A stretch of 64,000 nucleotides of DNA from Spirochaetia bacterium (GCA_965203055.1 OZ241863.1:3034545-3098544), one strand, 5' to 3'. Shown: positions 36,580-46,706, counted from the first letter of the stretch. Notes: generated by a model not told the origin, from the sequence alone. A program made the numbers and translations.

Positions 36580-36800
36580 TCATCTTACACTGGGACTTGG
36601 GCTTGGCCGCCAAGCGGCCTGACGCTTACCTGCATTTGGAAATGCGCCCAGTGCCCGCCGGCGCGCAGCCCGACATATTGACTAGTGATACCATAATGAA
36701 TACCATATGGCAACGGATATTACTATAGATCGTGTCGGACTCGTTGTGGTGCCGAGAACAGTTCTGTGACCGGGGAACTTGGTTCCTGGTACCGTTCCGG
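36580..36800 (+). repeat. composite repeat patch: R2 copy 2, then a GTGCCCGCCGGCGC palindromic module, then a degenerate copy of the AbrB-antitoxin promoter and 5' coding region
   Basis: 36655-36800 aligns with 56884-57060 (gtgcccgccggcgcgcagcc..ttgact..gataccat..gaataccatat..attac.atagatcg...). The AbrB-like frame is broken by stop codons. Confidence 0.65.
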
Positions 36801-36833
36801 CACCAATAGAAGAATTCCCCTGAGGAGGCGGTT

Positions 36834-37043
36834 ATGATGGGCGGTAATAAAATCAGAGAGATGATCGAATTACTTTCTCACTTTTTTTACTCTGATGAAG
36901 ATGGTTTTGATATTATTGTGGATAGAAATACTTTAACTTTCAGTGATCTTCGGCGGACTGATACTTTTTGTATAAAGACCAAACAAAATTTTGAGATTAC
37001 ACTAGATGAAAGATATGGGCTGCACTATAGACCAAGAAAATAG
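36834..37043 (+). CDS. AT-rich 69 aa orphan ORF (hypothetical)
   Basis: Strong RBS GAGGAGG 7 nt before ATGATG. Local GC is about 33% in a roughly 70% GC context. No recognisable domain. Confidence 0.4.
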   Translation: MMGGNKIREMIELLSHFFYSDEDGFDIIVDRNTLTFSDLRRTDTFCIKTKQNFEITLDERYGLHYRPRK

Positions 37044-37195
37044 AGAGCTAACTGCAAGAGCTATATCGCTTCGCTCGCTTCCGGATGACGGGCATTGCAG
37101 TGGTGACGCCGTGATCCACCCAACAGCGTGCTCACCACCCCGCTACCGGCCGTGTTTGCTACCGGTGACCCCAACGCAGGAGTAGAGGAGCTGGC

Positions 37196-38650
37196 GTGAT
37201 CATCAAGAGCAACCCCGGCCACGTCGATACCGAGCGGATCGTGCTGTTTCCGTTCGACGATCATGGCCTGCCGTTTCGTCACGGGGTGCGGCTCCATCTG
37301 GTGAGCCACCGGACGCCGGTGGACCGCACCCGCATCGTGGTTCCGCCCGGACCTCCCGGCGCGCCCGACAGCAAGCGCGTCATCTACTACGGCACGGTGC
37401 TCCGGGTCGGCGGCGAGCTGTGGATGTGGTATCTCGGACAGGGCGACGACGACCACTGGCACCAGCGCGTGTGCCTGGCCCGGAGCCGCGACGGCTACAC
37501 GTGGGAAAAGCCGCGCCTCGGGCTGGTGGAGTACCGCGGTTCCCGGCGCAACAACCTGGTGGACATGCTCGGCGGCGAGCACTCCATCGTCGCCTGCGTG
37601 GTGTACCACGACCCCGGCGATCCCGACCCCGAACGGCGCTTCAAGGCGGTGATCGAAGTCAAGGGCCGCGGCCAACAGTTCGGGGCGCTGTTCTCCGCCG
37701 ACGGCCTGCGCTGGCGCGAGTACGAGCTCGGTTCCGCCGCGCCGCATTGCGAGCCCACCGGCGGCATCAAGTTCAACGGCTGCTACTACCTCAGCGGCCA
37801 CGGAGGCAGCCACTTCGGCGCGCCGCGCCAGTTGGTGACCTACGTCTCATACGACTTTGAGCACTGGATCGAAGCCTCGTGCCGGGGCCTGCAGCGGGAC
37901 GACGTTCCCCCGCGGCCCTGCCGGGAGACGTTCGCGGGCGGCGAGCAGGTCCACGTCGGCGCGGGGTTGTGGAACCGGGGCAACGTGATCCTCGGGCTGT
38001 ACGGGCAGTGGCACGGTCCCGCCAATGACGACCGCCGCCACGTGGAGATGGACCTGGGGCTGGTGGTGAGCATCGACGGGCTGCACTACAGCGAGCCGAT
38101 CCCCGATTTTCCCATGGTGGCCGCGGCCGAGGACGGCATGCACCACCTGCCGCAGCCGTGGCAGTTCAAGCACCCCGCCCTGGTGCAGGGGCAGGGGTTC
38201 GAGAATCTAGGCGACGAGACCCTGTTCTGGTACGCGCCGTGGCCGGAGCAGTTGAGCGACGGCGTGCGCATCGCCTCCTGGCAGCGCGACCGCCTCGGCT
38301 ACCTGCAGCCGTTCGACCGCCGGCAGTTGCAGATTCCGAACGGCTGCCACGTGATCTCCGCTCCCATCGACCTGGGCGGCCGCCCGGCGCAGGTCGCCTT
38401 GAACGTCGCCGGCCTCTCGCAGTACGCGCAGGTGACGGTCGAGGTGCTGGATGAACGGTTCCGCCCGGTGGACGGCTACTCGCACCGCGACTGCCGGCCT
38501 CTCGAGTCGGGCCTCAAGCAACCGGTCACTTGGCGCGGCCACGCCGTCGTGGACGGGACCGGCGGGCCGATTCGGCTACGGGTGAACTACGCCGGAATCC
38601 GCCCCGAGGACCCGCAACTGTACGCCATCTACGTCGAACCGGCCGCGTAA
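37196..38650 (+). CDS. glycoside hydrolase family 32/43-like (5-bladed beta-propeller) protein
   Basis: 484 aa with GH32/43/130-superfamily-like sequence features (WMWYLGQGDDD, RDGYTWEKP, LFSADGLRWR). GTG start. Confidence 0.5.
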   Translation: MIIKSNPGHVDTERIVLFPFDDHGLPFRHGVRLHLVSHRTPVDRTRIVVPPGPPGAPDSKRVIYYGTVLRVGGELWMWYLGQGDDDHWHQRVCLARSRDGYTWEKPRLGLVEYRGSRRNNLVDMLGGEHSIVACVVYHDPGDPDPERRFKAVIEVKGRGQQFGALFSADGLRWREYELGSAAPHCEPTGGIKFNGCYYLSGHGGSHFGAPRQLVTYVSYDFEHWIEASCRGLQRDDVPPRPCRETFAGGEQVHVGAGLWNRGNVILGLYGQWHGPANDDRRHVEMDLGLVVSIDGLHYSEPIPDFPMVAAAEDGMHHLPQPWQFKHPALVQGQGFENLGDETLFWYAPWPEQLSDGVRIASWQRDRLGYLQPFDRRQLQIPNGCHVISAPIDLGGRPAQVALNVAGLSQYAQVTVEVLDERFRPVDGYSHRDCRPLESGLKQPVTWRGHAVVDGTGGPIRLRVNYAGIRPEDPQLYAIYVEPAA

Positions 38651-38893
38651 CCGGCGGCGCGCTGCCGCGCCCGCCAGCCGCTTGTGCCGGTTGCGCGTCG
38701 GCCCGCCCTGTCGGGAGCCCGCCGGTTCAGCGGGGCGGCGGACTTCCGGCGGCAGTGACGAGCAGTGACGGGCGCTTCCTTGCGGGGGGCCGGGGGCGGT
38801 GGTAGGGTGGACCGATGGGGCCGTGCAGCGGCGCCGGCCCGCGAGTGGGATGGGCAGCCGCCGGCAGCAGGTCCGTAAGCAAGGAGTCAGAAA

Positions 38894-40576
38894 ATGTATC
38901 GCATCAAGACCACTATCGGGTTCGTACTGGCCGGGCTGCTGCTGGCGCCGGCGGCGGGGTTGCTGGCCAGCGGCCAGGAGGAGGCGGCGGGCGCGGCCGC
39001 GGGCGCCGTTCCGCCCGGTTACTTCGGCACCTACGAGCCGGCCATCGACATGGAGTGGATCAAGAGCACTTGGCAGGGCGCGCGCGAGGCGGTCAACAAC
39101 AAGCTCAACCCGGCCACCGGGGAGACTTTCGAGGACAACCGCTGGACGCGGGCGATGCGTGACGAGCTGGGCATCAACGTCACCTACAAGTGGGTGGCGG
39201 ACGGCTCCCAGGCGCAGGAGAAGCTGAAGCTGGCCATGGCATCGGGCGACCTGCCCGACGTCATCACCCTGGAGGGCGCCCAGCGCCTGGTGGACTTCCA
39301 GCAGCTCGCCGAGGCGGACCTGCTCGCCGACGTGACCGACCTGTGGGAGCAGTACGCGGCGCCGCTCACCAAGGAGGTGGTGGGCGCCGACGGGCAGGTG
39401 ATCTTCGACGCGGTGAGCTACGACGGGCGCATGATGGGCATTCCCGGCCCCTCGGCGGGACTGGACACCTTCAGTTACTTCTGGGTGCGCCAGGACTGGC
39501 TGGACAACCTGGGGCTGGCGCCGCCGCGCACCACCGCCGAGCTGCTGGAGATGGCGCGCGCATTCACCCACGACGACCCGGACGGCAACGGCGAGGACGA
39601 CACCTTCGCCATGATGCTGGACAAGTCGCTGTGGTATCGGTCGGAGGGGTTCTTCTGGTCGTTCGGAGCCTATCCCGACACCTGGCTGGAAGCTCCCGGC
39701 GGCGGCCTGACGTACGGCGCGCTGCAGCCGGAGGTGAAGGACGCGCTGGCCGCGCTGCGCGCCATGCACGCCGACGGCCAGCTCGACCCCGAGTGGGCGG
39801 TGAAGGACGGCGCCAAGGCGAACGAGGCGTTCGCGCGCAACGCCGTGGGCATCGCCTACGGCGGCCACTGGATCTCCTACGACTTCCTGCCCGGCTGGGA
39901 GAACGACGACAGCATCGACTGGAGCGTGTACCCGCAGCCGGGCGTGGACGGCACCCCGCCGAAGGGCGAGCTGGAGCTGGGCATGCAGCGCATCTACGCG
40001 GTGCGCAAGGAATATGAGCACCCGGAGGCGCTGCTGAAGGCATACAACCTGTACTGGGAGAAGCTGTACGGCGACACCGGCGACTACGAGTACTGGGGCA
40101 ACGACGAGCACATGGACGGCATCTGGTGGATCGGGCCGTTCGCCGCCTTCCATCCGTGGGTCAACATCCCGCCCTACTACGACATCCAGGCGGTCTACGC
40201 CGGCACCAAGGACCCGGCGGAGCTTACCGGCGTGTCGCTGGACTACTACAACAACACCGAGAACAACCCCCATCCGGCCCAGCAGTGGGCGTGGCAGGAG
40301 ATGTTCAGCGATCCGGCGACCTCGCCGTTCGGCCACATTACCCGCCGGGTCGACGAAGGCAGCCTGTTCATCGACAACTTCGTCGGCGCGCCCACCCCGA
40401 CCATGACCGACCGCTGGGGCACCCTGGAGGAACTGAAGATCACCACCTTCACCCGCATCATCGTCGGCGACCTGGACCTGGATAGCGGCTTCGCGGAGTT
40501 CGTCGAGGACTGGCAGAAGCTGGGCGGCGACCGGATCACCCAAGAGGTGAGCGACTGGTACCGCGCCGGCCGCTAG
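38894..40576 (+). CDS. extracellular solute-binding protein, CUT1 family 1 (sugar ABC)
   Basis: Signal peptide MYRIKTTIGFVLAGLLLAPAAGLLASG. About 560 aa SBP, typical of LipO/YesO-like sugar binders. Confidence 0.8.
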   Translation: MYRIKTTIGFVLAGLLLAPAAGLLASGQEEAAGAAAGAVPPGYFGTYEPAIDMEWIKSTWQGAREAVNNKLNPATGETFEDNRWTRAMRDELGINVTYKWVADGSQAQEKLKLAMASGDLPDVITLEGAQRLVDFQQLAEADLLADVTDLWEQYAAPLTKEVVGADGQVIFDAVSYDGRMMGIPGPSAGLDTFSYFWVRQDWLDNLGLAPPRTTAELLEMARAFTHDDPDGNGEDDTFAMMLDKSLWYRSEGFFWSFGAYPDTWLEAPGGGLTYGALQPEVKDALAALRAMHADGQLDPEWAVKDGAKANEAFARNAVGIAYGGHWISYDFLPGWENDDSIDWSVYPQPGVDGTPPKGELELGMQRIYAVRKEYEHPEALLKAYNLYWEKLYGDTGDYEYWGNDEHMDGIWWIGPFAAFHPWVNIPPYYDIQAVYAGTKDPAELTGVSLDYYNNTENNPHPAQQWAWQEMFSDPATSPFGHITRRVDEGSLFIDNFVGAPTPTMTDRWGTLEELKITTFTRIIVGDLDLDSGFAEFVEDWQKLGGDRITQEVSDWYRAGR

Positions 40577-40603
40577 CGCCGCGCGGCGCCGAGCAACGCC
40601 GCT

Positions 40604-40632
40604 GAACCGGGGGCCGCCGCCGGCCCCGGTTC
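40604..40632 (+). terminator. intercistronic GC-rich stem-loop between the SBP and permease genes (attenuator/terminator-like, no U-tract)
   Basis: gaaccgggggcc-gccgcc-ggccccggttc forms an 11-12 bp inverted repeat. Confidence 0.4.
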
Positions 40633-40704
40633 GGCGGCGCGGCCGCAACCCCGCGGCCCGCCCGCCGCACCTCGCACCCAGCGCCCGGCACCCAAGAGAA
40701 TCCC

Positions 40705-41604
40705 GTGGCTTCCCGACGCGCCAACACGCTGCCCTATCACCTGATGCTGCTGCCCGGCGTCGTGCTGGTGCTGGTCTTCTCCTACGTTCCGATCTACGGC
40801 GTCATCATTGCCTTTCAGCGCTTCATCCCGGCGCGCGGCATGTTCGGGGATCAGACCTGGCTGGGGCTGGGCAACTTCGAGTACCTGCTCGCCCTGCCGA
40901 CGGTGTGGCAGGTGTTCGCCAACACCCTGATCATCGCCATCCTCAAGATTGCCGGCGGCACCGTGCTGCCGATCGTGGTTTCGCTGCTCCTCAACGAGGT
41001 GCGCAGCCGGCTGTTCCGGCGCACCGTGCAGACCATCATCTACTTTCCCTACTTCATCTCCTGGATCGTGTTCGGCGGCATCATGGTGGACCTGCTGTCG
41101 CCCGACGGCGGCATGGTGAATCAGGTGATCGCCGCGTTCGGCTTCGCGCCGGCCTACTTTCTGGGGGACGTCGAGTTGTTCCGCGGCACGCTGGTGGTCA
41201 CCGACGTGTGGAAGACCTTCGGCTTCGTCACGGTGATCTACCTGGCGGCCATCACCTCGATCGACCCGACCCTGTACGAGGCGGCGTCGATCGACGGCGC
41301 CGGGCGCTGGCAGAAGGCGTGGCGCATCACCCTGCCGGGCATGGGCATGGTGATCGTCCTGCTGATGGTGCTCAACCTGGGCAACATCCTCAACGCCGGC
41401 TTCGAGCAGGTGTTCGTGCTGTACAGCCCGCTGGTGTACCAGACCGGCGACATCATCGATACCCTGGTCTACCGCCTCGGCCTGCTGCAGGCGCAGTTCG
41501 GCGTGGCCACCGCGGTGGGGCTGCTCAAGGGCGTGATCTCGTTCGCCCTGATTTCCGCCTCCTACTACGTCGCCTACCGGTTCTTCTCCTACCGGCTGTT
41601 CTGA
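40705..41604 (+). CDS. sugar ABC transporter permease (MalF/LplB-like)
   Basis: GTG start. EAA loop EAASIDGAGRWQKAWRITLP. Six TM segments. Confidence 0.85.
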   Translation: MASRRANTLPYHLMLLPGVVLVLVFSYVPIYGVIIAFQRFIPARGMFGDQTWLGLGNFEYLLALPTVWQVFANTLIIAILKIAGGTVLPIVVSLLLNEVRSRLFRRTVQTIIYFPYFISWIVFGGIMVDLLSPDGGMVNQVIAAFGFAPAYFLGDVELFRGTLVVTDVWKTFGFVTVIYLAAITSIDPTLYEAASIDGAGRWQKAWRITLPGMGMVIVLLMVLNLGNILNAGFEQVFVLYSPLVYQTGDIIDTLVYRLGLLQAQFGVATAVGLLKGVISFALISASYYVAYRFFSYRLF

Positions 41605-42509
41605 TGGCTCGCAGCGCGCGTTCCCGGCGCCGGCAGCGCCCGCGGCTGCCGCTGTTCGCCCTGGTCAACGGCAGCGTGCTGGCGCTGTTCGCCGCGGCCT
41701 GCCTGTTTCCGATGGTGCACGTGGCGGCGGTGTCGTTCAGCACCCGCGCCAAGGCGCTGGCCGGCGAGGTGGTGTTCTGGCCGCGCGGCTTCAACACCGC
41801 CTCCTACGCCTGGGTGCTGCTGCAGAGCGGGTTCTGGACCTCGCTGTGGGTGTCGGCGCAGCGCATGGCGGCGGGAATCGCGATCAACGTGGTCCTCGTG
41901 CTGCTGCTGGCCTTCCCGCTGTCCAAGGAGAAGCACGAGTTCCCGGCGCGCGCCTGGTACGTGTGGTTCTTCTTCTTCACCATGCTGTTCGAGGGCGGGC
42001 TGATCCCGTTGTACATGACGGTGGCGGGGCTTGGCCTGCTGGATACCATCTGGGCGCTGGTGCTGCCGCGCGGGGTGCAGGTGTTCCTGGTGCTGCTGAT
42101 GCTCAACTTCTTCCGCCAGGTGCCGCGCGAGCTGCAGGATGCCGCGGAGATCGACGGCGCCGGCAAGTGGCGCATCCTGTGGCAGGTGTACGTGCCGGTG
42201 TCGCTGCCGGCCATCGCCACCATCACCCTGTTCTCCGGGGTGTTCCACTGGAACTCCTGGTTCGACGGCCTGATCTACGCCAACCACCCGCGGCGCTACC
42301 CGCTGCAGACCTACCTGCAGATTCTGCTGCGCGGCGACATCCTGTCGCAGGCGGCGTCGCTGAGCGAGATCTCGGAGATCTACCACCTGTCCAACCGCAC
42401 GGTGCGGTCGGCGTACATCGTCATCGGCATCGTGCCGATTCTGGCGCTGTACCCGTTCCTGCAGCGCTACTTCGTCAAGGGCATCGTGATCGGCAGCGTG
42501 AAGGGGTAG
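41604..42509 (+). CDS. sugar ABC transporter permease (MalG/LplC-like)
   Basis: ATG overlaps the upstream stop (TGATGG). EAA loop DAAEIDGAGKWRILWQVYVP. Confidence 0.85.
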   Translation: MARSARSRRRQRPRLPLFALVNGSVLALFAAACLFPMVHVAAVSFSTRAKALAGEVVFWPRGFNTASYAWVLLQSGFWTSLWVSAQRMAAGIAINVVLVLLLAFPLSKEKHEFPARAWYVWFFFFTMLFEGGLIPLYMTVAGLGLLDTIWALVLPRGVQVFLVLLMLNFFRQVPRELQDAAEIDGAGKWRILWQVYVPVSLPAIATITLFSGVFHWNSWFDGLIYANHPRRYPLQTYLQILLRGDILSQAASLSEISEIYHLSNRTVRSAYIVIGIVPILALYPFLQRYFVKGIVIGSVKG

Positions 42510-42512
42510 AGA

Positions 42513-43640
42513 TTACTGGTAGGGATCGGCGGCGTCGCGCAGGCCGTCGCCGACGAAGCTGAACATCAGCACGGCAACGACCACGAAGATCCCCGGAATG
42601 AGCTGCCAGGAGCGCTGCGCCACCGCCGCCAGGTCCTGCGCTTCCTTCAGCAACACCCCCCAACTGACCGCCGGCGGCTGCATGCCGAGGCCGAGAAAGC
42701 TGAGCGAGGTTTCGCCGAGGATGGTCTGCGGAATCGCCAGGGTGACGTGGACCACCAGGTAGCTGATGAAGTTGGGCAGCAGGTGGCGCACGATGGTCGC
42801 GGTTTCGGTGGAGCCGGCGATCTTGGCGGCGCGGATGAAGTCCTCCTCGCGCAGCGACAGCAGCTTGCCGCGCACGATCCGCGCCAGGCCGGCCCAGCCC
42901 ACCACCGCCAGCACGATGGTGATCGCGAAGTAGGTCTGGGTCACGCTCCAGTCGCGCGGTATGGCCGCGGCCAGGGCCATCCACAGCGGGATGGTGGGAA
43001 TCGACAGCAGCACCTCGATGATGCGTTGAATCACCTCATCCACGGCGCCGCCGAACATGCCCGAGACGCCGCCGATCAGGCAGCCGAGCACGAAGCTCAC
43101 GAACACCCCGCCGAAGCCGATCAGCAGCGAGATGCGCGCGCCGCTGATGGTGCGCGAGTAGACGTCCCGCCCCAGACGGTCGGTCCCGAACAGAAACACC
43201 GGCGCCCCCTCGGTGCCGAACAGACGCACCCGCGCCGGGATGAATCCCAGCAGCTCGTAGCGCTCGGTGCGCACGAAGAAGCGGATCGGGAAGCGCGCCG
43301 CGCGATCCTCGGTGAACTCCACCCGGAAGGTCTCGCGGTTCACGTTGCGTTCCAGGGCGTGCACGAAGGGACCCTGCAGGCCGGCGCCGGGAGCGAACCA
43401 GCGCACCGGCGTGGGGCGGGCGTTTTCGAATCCCTCGAAGCGGGCGAGGGTGTCGTAGGGCGAGAAGAACTCGGCGAACAGCGCCACGCCGTACATCACC
43501 GCCAGCACCGCGATGCCGGTCAGGGCCAGGCGGTGGCGGCGAAAGCGCCACCAGATCAGTTGCCCCTGGGAGGCGTATTCCAGCCGCTCCAGGCGGCGCG
43601 CGCGGCGCAGGTCGGCGCGCGCCGCCGGCGCCTCAGCCAT
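42513..43640 (-). CDS. peptide ABC transporter permease (OppC-like)
   Basis: 375 aa paralogous to 15744..16859. Overlaps the upstream permease. Confidence 0.85.
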   Translation of the reverse strand: MAEAPAARADLRRARRLERLEYASQGQLIWWRFRRHRLALTGIAVLAVMYGVALFAEFFSPYDTLARFEGFENARPTPVRWFAPGAGLQGPFVHALERNVNRETFRVEFTEDRAARFPIRFFVRTERYELLGFIPARVRLFGTEGAPVFLFGTDRLGRDVYSRTISGARISLLIGFGGVFVSFVLGCLIGGVSGMFGGAVDEVIQRIIEVLLSIPTIPLWMALAAAIPRDWSVTQTYFAITIVLAVVGWAGLARIVRGKLLSLREEDFIRAAKIAGSTETATIVRHLLPNFISYLVVHVTLAIPQTILGETSLSFLGLGMQPPAVSWGVLLKEAQDLAAVAQRSWQLIPGIFVVVAVLMFSFVGDGLRDAADPYQ

Positions 43641-44631
43641 CGCCGGCCCCCAGGCGGATGCGCGGGTCGAGCCAGGCCAGGCAGATGTCGGAGATCAGGG
43701 TGCCGATCACGGTGAGCGTGCCGAGGATCAGCACGATCGCCCCGGCCAGGAACATGTCCTGCGCCAGGGTGGCGCGCAGCAGCACCGGCCCGATGGTCTG
43801 CAGGTTGAGCACGATGCCGACGATCACCTGCCCGGAGATGAGCGACGGCAGCAGCCAGCCGATGGTGCTGAACACCGGATTCATGGCGATCCGGATCGGG
43901 TACTTGAACAGCAGATTGCGCTCGCTCACCCCCTTGGCGCGCGCCGTGATCACGTACTGCTTGCGCAGCTCATCCAGCAGGGTGCCGCGCAGCACCCGGA
44001 TCAGCCCCGCGGTGCCGGCCAGCCCGATGATGATCACCGGCAGCCACACGTTCTTGAGCAGGTCCAGCAGCTTGGCCCACGACCACGGGGCATCCACGAA
44101 CTCCAGCGAGAACAGGCCGGTAATGGCCCAGCCGGTGACGTCGTAGATCACCCAGCTCGTCACCAGCGCCACCAGGAACTGCGGCATCGACAGGCCGATG
44201 AAGCCGATCAGGGTGAACAGGTAGTCGAACCAAGTGTACTGGTTGGTGGCCGACACCACCGCGATCGGAATCGCGAGCAGCCAGACGAAGAACAGACTGG
44301 AGATGGAGATCGCCAGGGTGGTGGGCAGGCGCTCGGCGATCACCTCGTTGACCCGCTTCTCCCACTGGAACGACCAGCCGAGGTCGCCCTGCAGCACGAT
44401 CCCGGTCATCCAGCGGAAGTACTGCACGTGGATTGGCCGGTCCAGCCCGAACTGGGCCGTGAGGTTGGCCACTTCGGCGTCGTCGAGCTCCGCGCCCGAC
44501 TCGCGCAGGGCGGCGATGTAGGTGGTCAGGTAGTCGCCCGGCGGAAGCTGGATCACGGCGAAGGTCAGCACCGAGATCAGCAGCAGCAGCGGGACCATGA
44601 TGGTCAGGCGGCGCGTGATGAAGCGAACCAC
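43633..44631 (-). CDS. peptide ABC transporter permease (OppB-like)
   Basis: 332 aa starting MVRFITRRLTIMVPLLLLISVLTFAVIQLPPGDYL. Confidence 0.85.
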   Translation of the reverse strand: MVRFITRRLTIMVPLLLLISVLTFAVIQLPPGDYLTTYIAALRESGAELDDAEVANLTAQFGLDRPIHVQYFRWMTGIVLQGDLGWSFQWEKRVNEVIAERLPTTLAISISSLFFVWLLAIPIAVVSATNQYTWFDYLFTLIGFIGLSMPQFLVALVTSWVIYDVTGWAITGLFSLEFVDAPWSWAKLLDLLKNVWLPVIIIGLAGTAGLIRVLRGTLLDELRKQYVITARAKGVSERNLLFKYPIRIAMNPVFSTIGWLLPSLISGQVIVGIVLNLQTIGPVLLRATLAQDMFLAGAIVLILGTLTVIGTLISDICLAWLDPRIRLGAGDG

Positions 44632-44756
44632 GTTGGTTTTGAGTTACCGGCCTCCGCCCGGCGGCAGCCGCGCGGAGGCAGCTTCACGCACGGGGCGGGC
44701 GCGCGGCGCGCGCCCGCCCCGCATCACGGTGCCGTCGAGATGCGGCAGGATGCCTC

Positions 44757-46706
44757 CTACTCGAAGAAGAACTGCTCGGCCGCGAACCAGGTGGCCGACG
44801 ACTTGCCGGACACCGCCAGATTGCCCAGGTTCTCGGGAATGATCACCGGCCCCACCACGTCGCGCGCCAGCGGGAACATCGGGACGTGGGTGTTCATCCA
44901 GGTGCTGAACGCGTCCACCGCCTGCATCGCCTGGTCGGAGGTGGGCAGCTCCGCGGTGAAGGTGCCGTACAGATCGTACAGTTCCTTGATCCAGACCGGC
45001 GGTTCCTCGCCCTGCGCGCCGCCGGTTCCCAGCCAGCTATGCCAGCCCTGGCCCCAGCGCGACCGCGTGTTGGGCAGGTAGTCCACCATCAGGATCGGCC
45101 AGTTCACGTCGTCCAGCCAGGACAGCGTGGCGTAGAGCTGGCCGGCGTCGCGGCGCTCGATCCAGAGTTGGCGCGCGATCAGCTTCATCGGCGTGCGGAT
45201 GCCCACCGCTTCCAGGTCGGCGGTGATCAACTCGCCCATCTTCTCCCAGTCGGCGGCGCCTTCGATAATCTCGAACACGAGCTGGAACTGCTCGCCGTCG
45301 GGGCCGAGGCGGAATCCGTCGGCGTCCTTCCGGTCCAGGCCGATCTCGTCCAGGATGCGGTTCGCCTCCGCCGGGTCGTAGTCCGGCTTGATCCACGGGT
45401 TGGGCTCGCCCAGGCCGAGGAACATCACGTCGATGATGTTCTGGTAGTTGATCGCCTTGTTGACGGCATGCCGGAAGCGCGGGTTCCACACCACCTCGCG
45501 CCACGTCTCGTCGGGATTCAGGTAGTTCAGAAACAGCGCCACCGGAGCGTTGTGGTACACCAGGTTGGTGTACACCCGGTATCCGCCGCGCTCCTCGTTC
45601 TCCTTGAGCAGCGGCACCTTGTCGTGGGCGATCAGGTCGCGGTTCAGGTTGACGTCGCCGGCGATCACCTTGAGCGGGATGTTCTCCGCCTTGGCCACGA
45701 TCACCGACTCGTAGCGGTCGACGTAGGGGAGCTGATTGCCGGCCGCGTCCACCTTGTAGTAGTAGGGGTTGCGCTCCATCACCATCAGGTCCTGCGGCGA
45801 GTCGACCCGCACCCACGGTCCCAGGGTGGGGAAGCCGGCGGCCTCGCTGCGCATGTTCTCGTGCCACAGAATGTCCTTCTGCAGGAACAGGCGGTGCCAT
45901 TCATCGCTCTCCAGGCCCGCTTCCCGGAGGTTGGCGGCCAGGGTGGCGGCGTCGGCGTGGTTCTTGTGGTACTGCATCAGCACGTGGCGCGGCTTGAGCA
46001 GCTCGTTGTAACCGCCCCACAGCGCCCCTACGCCCATCGCGATCACGAACCGGCCGTACTGCCGGTCGAAGCTGATGCGGAAGGCGTGATCGTCGACGAT
46101 CTCGAACGTCATCGGCGTGCCGTCGGGCTGGCCCGCGGCCTTGTAGCGCGCAGGCAGCGCCGGCGTCAGGGCGTCGACGAACAACACGTCCTCTACCGCG
46201 AAGCGCATGTCCTCGGTGGTGATCGGCGTGCCGTCCGACCACTTCAACCCGCGCCGCAGGGTGAAGGTGAACACCCGATTGTCGGCGTCCACCTCGAAGC
46301 TCTCCGCCACGTTGCCCATGATCGGCGCCACGGTATGCGCCGGGCTCATCAGGAAGTGCTCCATGGCCGCGTCGCGCAGGTTCCAGTCCAGCTCGGGATT
46401 GGCGGTCACCGAACGCAGCGTGCCGCCGTACTTGCCAATCTCGACCGTGAGATCCTCCGCCCGCACCATGGTGCCGGTGGTGACCACCAGCGGATTTTCG
46501 GGCAGCCGCTCCTCTACCGGCGGCAGTTCGCCCGCCGCCACCATCGCGGCCAGGGCCGGCGCCTCGCCGAACGCGCCGCGTTCCATGGTCGCCGCGCCGG
46601 TGGCCGCGGCCGCGCCCTCCTCGCCCTCGCCGCCGGCCCAGGCGACCAGCGCCGGCGCCGCGCCGAGCAGCGCTGCGCATACGATCCGAATGAACGATCG
46701 TGACAT
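44757..46706 (-). CDS. ABC transporter substrate-binding protein, family 5
   Basis: Signal peptide MSRSFIRIVCAALLGAAPALVAWAG. Paralogous to 17878..19800. Confidence 0.8.
   Translation of the reverse strand: MSRSFIRIVCAALLGAAPALVAWAGGEGEEGAAAATGAATMERGAFGEAPALAAMVAAGELPPVEERLPENPLVVTTGTMVRAEDLTVEIGKYGGTLRSVTANPELDWNLRDAAMEHFLMSPAHTVAPIMGNVAESFEVDADNRVFTFTLRRGLKWSDGTPITTEDMRFAVEDVLFVDALTPALPARYKAAGQPDGTPMTFEIVDDHAFRISFDRQYGRFVIAMGVGALWGGYNELLKPRHVLMQYHKNHADAATLAANLREAGLESDEWHRLFLQKDILWHENMRSEAAGFPTLGPWVRVDSPQDLMVMERNPYYYKVDAAGNQLPYVDRYESVIVAKAENIPLKVIAGDVNLNRDLIAHDKVPLLKENEERGGYRVYTNLVYHNAPVALFLNYLNPDETWREVVWNPRFRHAVNKAINYQNIIDVMFLGLGEPNPWIKPDYDPAEANRILDEIGLDRKDADGFRLGPDGEQFQLVFEIIEGAADWEKMGELITADLEAVGIRTPMKLIARQLWIERRDAGQLYATLSWLDDVNWPILMVDYLPNTRSRWGQGWHSWLGTGGAQGEEPPVWIKELYDLYGTFTAELPTSDQAMQAVDAFSTWMNTHVPMFPLARDVVGPVIIPENLGNLAVSGKSSATWFAAEQFFFE

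Noticed and set aside
40587-40700. Possible riboswitch or leader between the sugar SBP and permease genes
   Set aside because: Only a simple GC-rich inverted repeat is evident. There is no recognisable conserved riboswitch core, so it is more likely an intercistronic attenuator or mRNA-processing hairpin.
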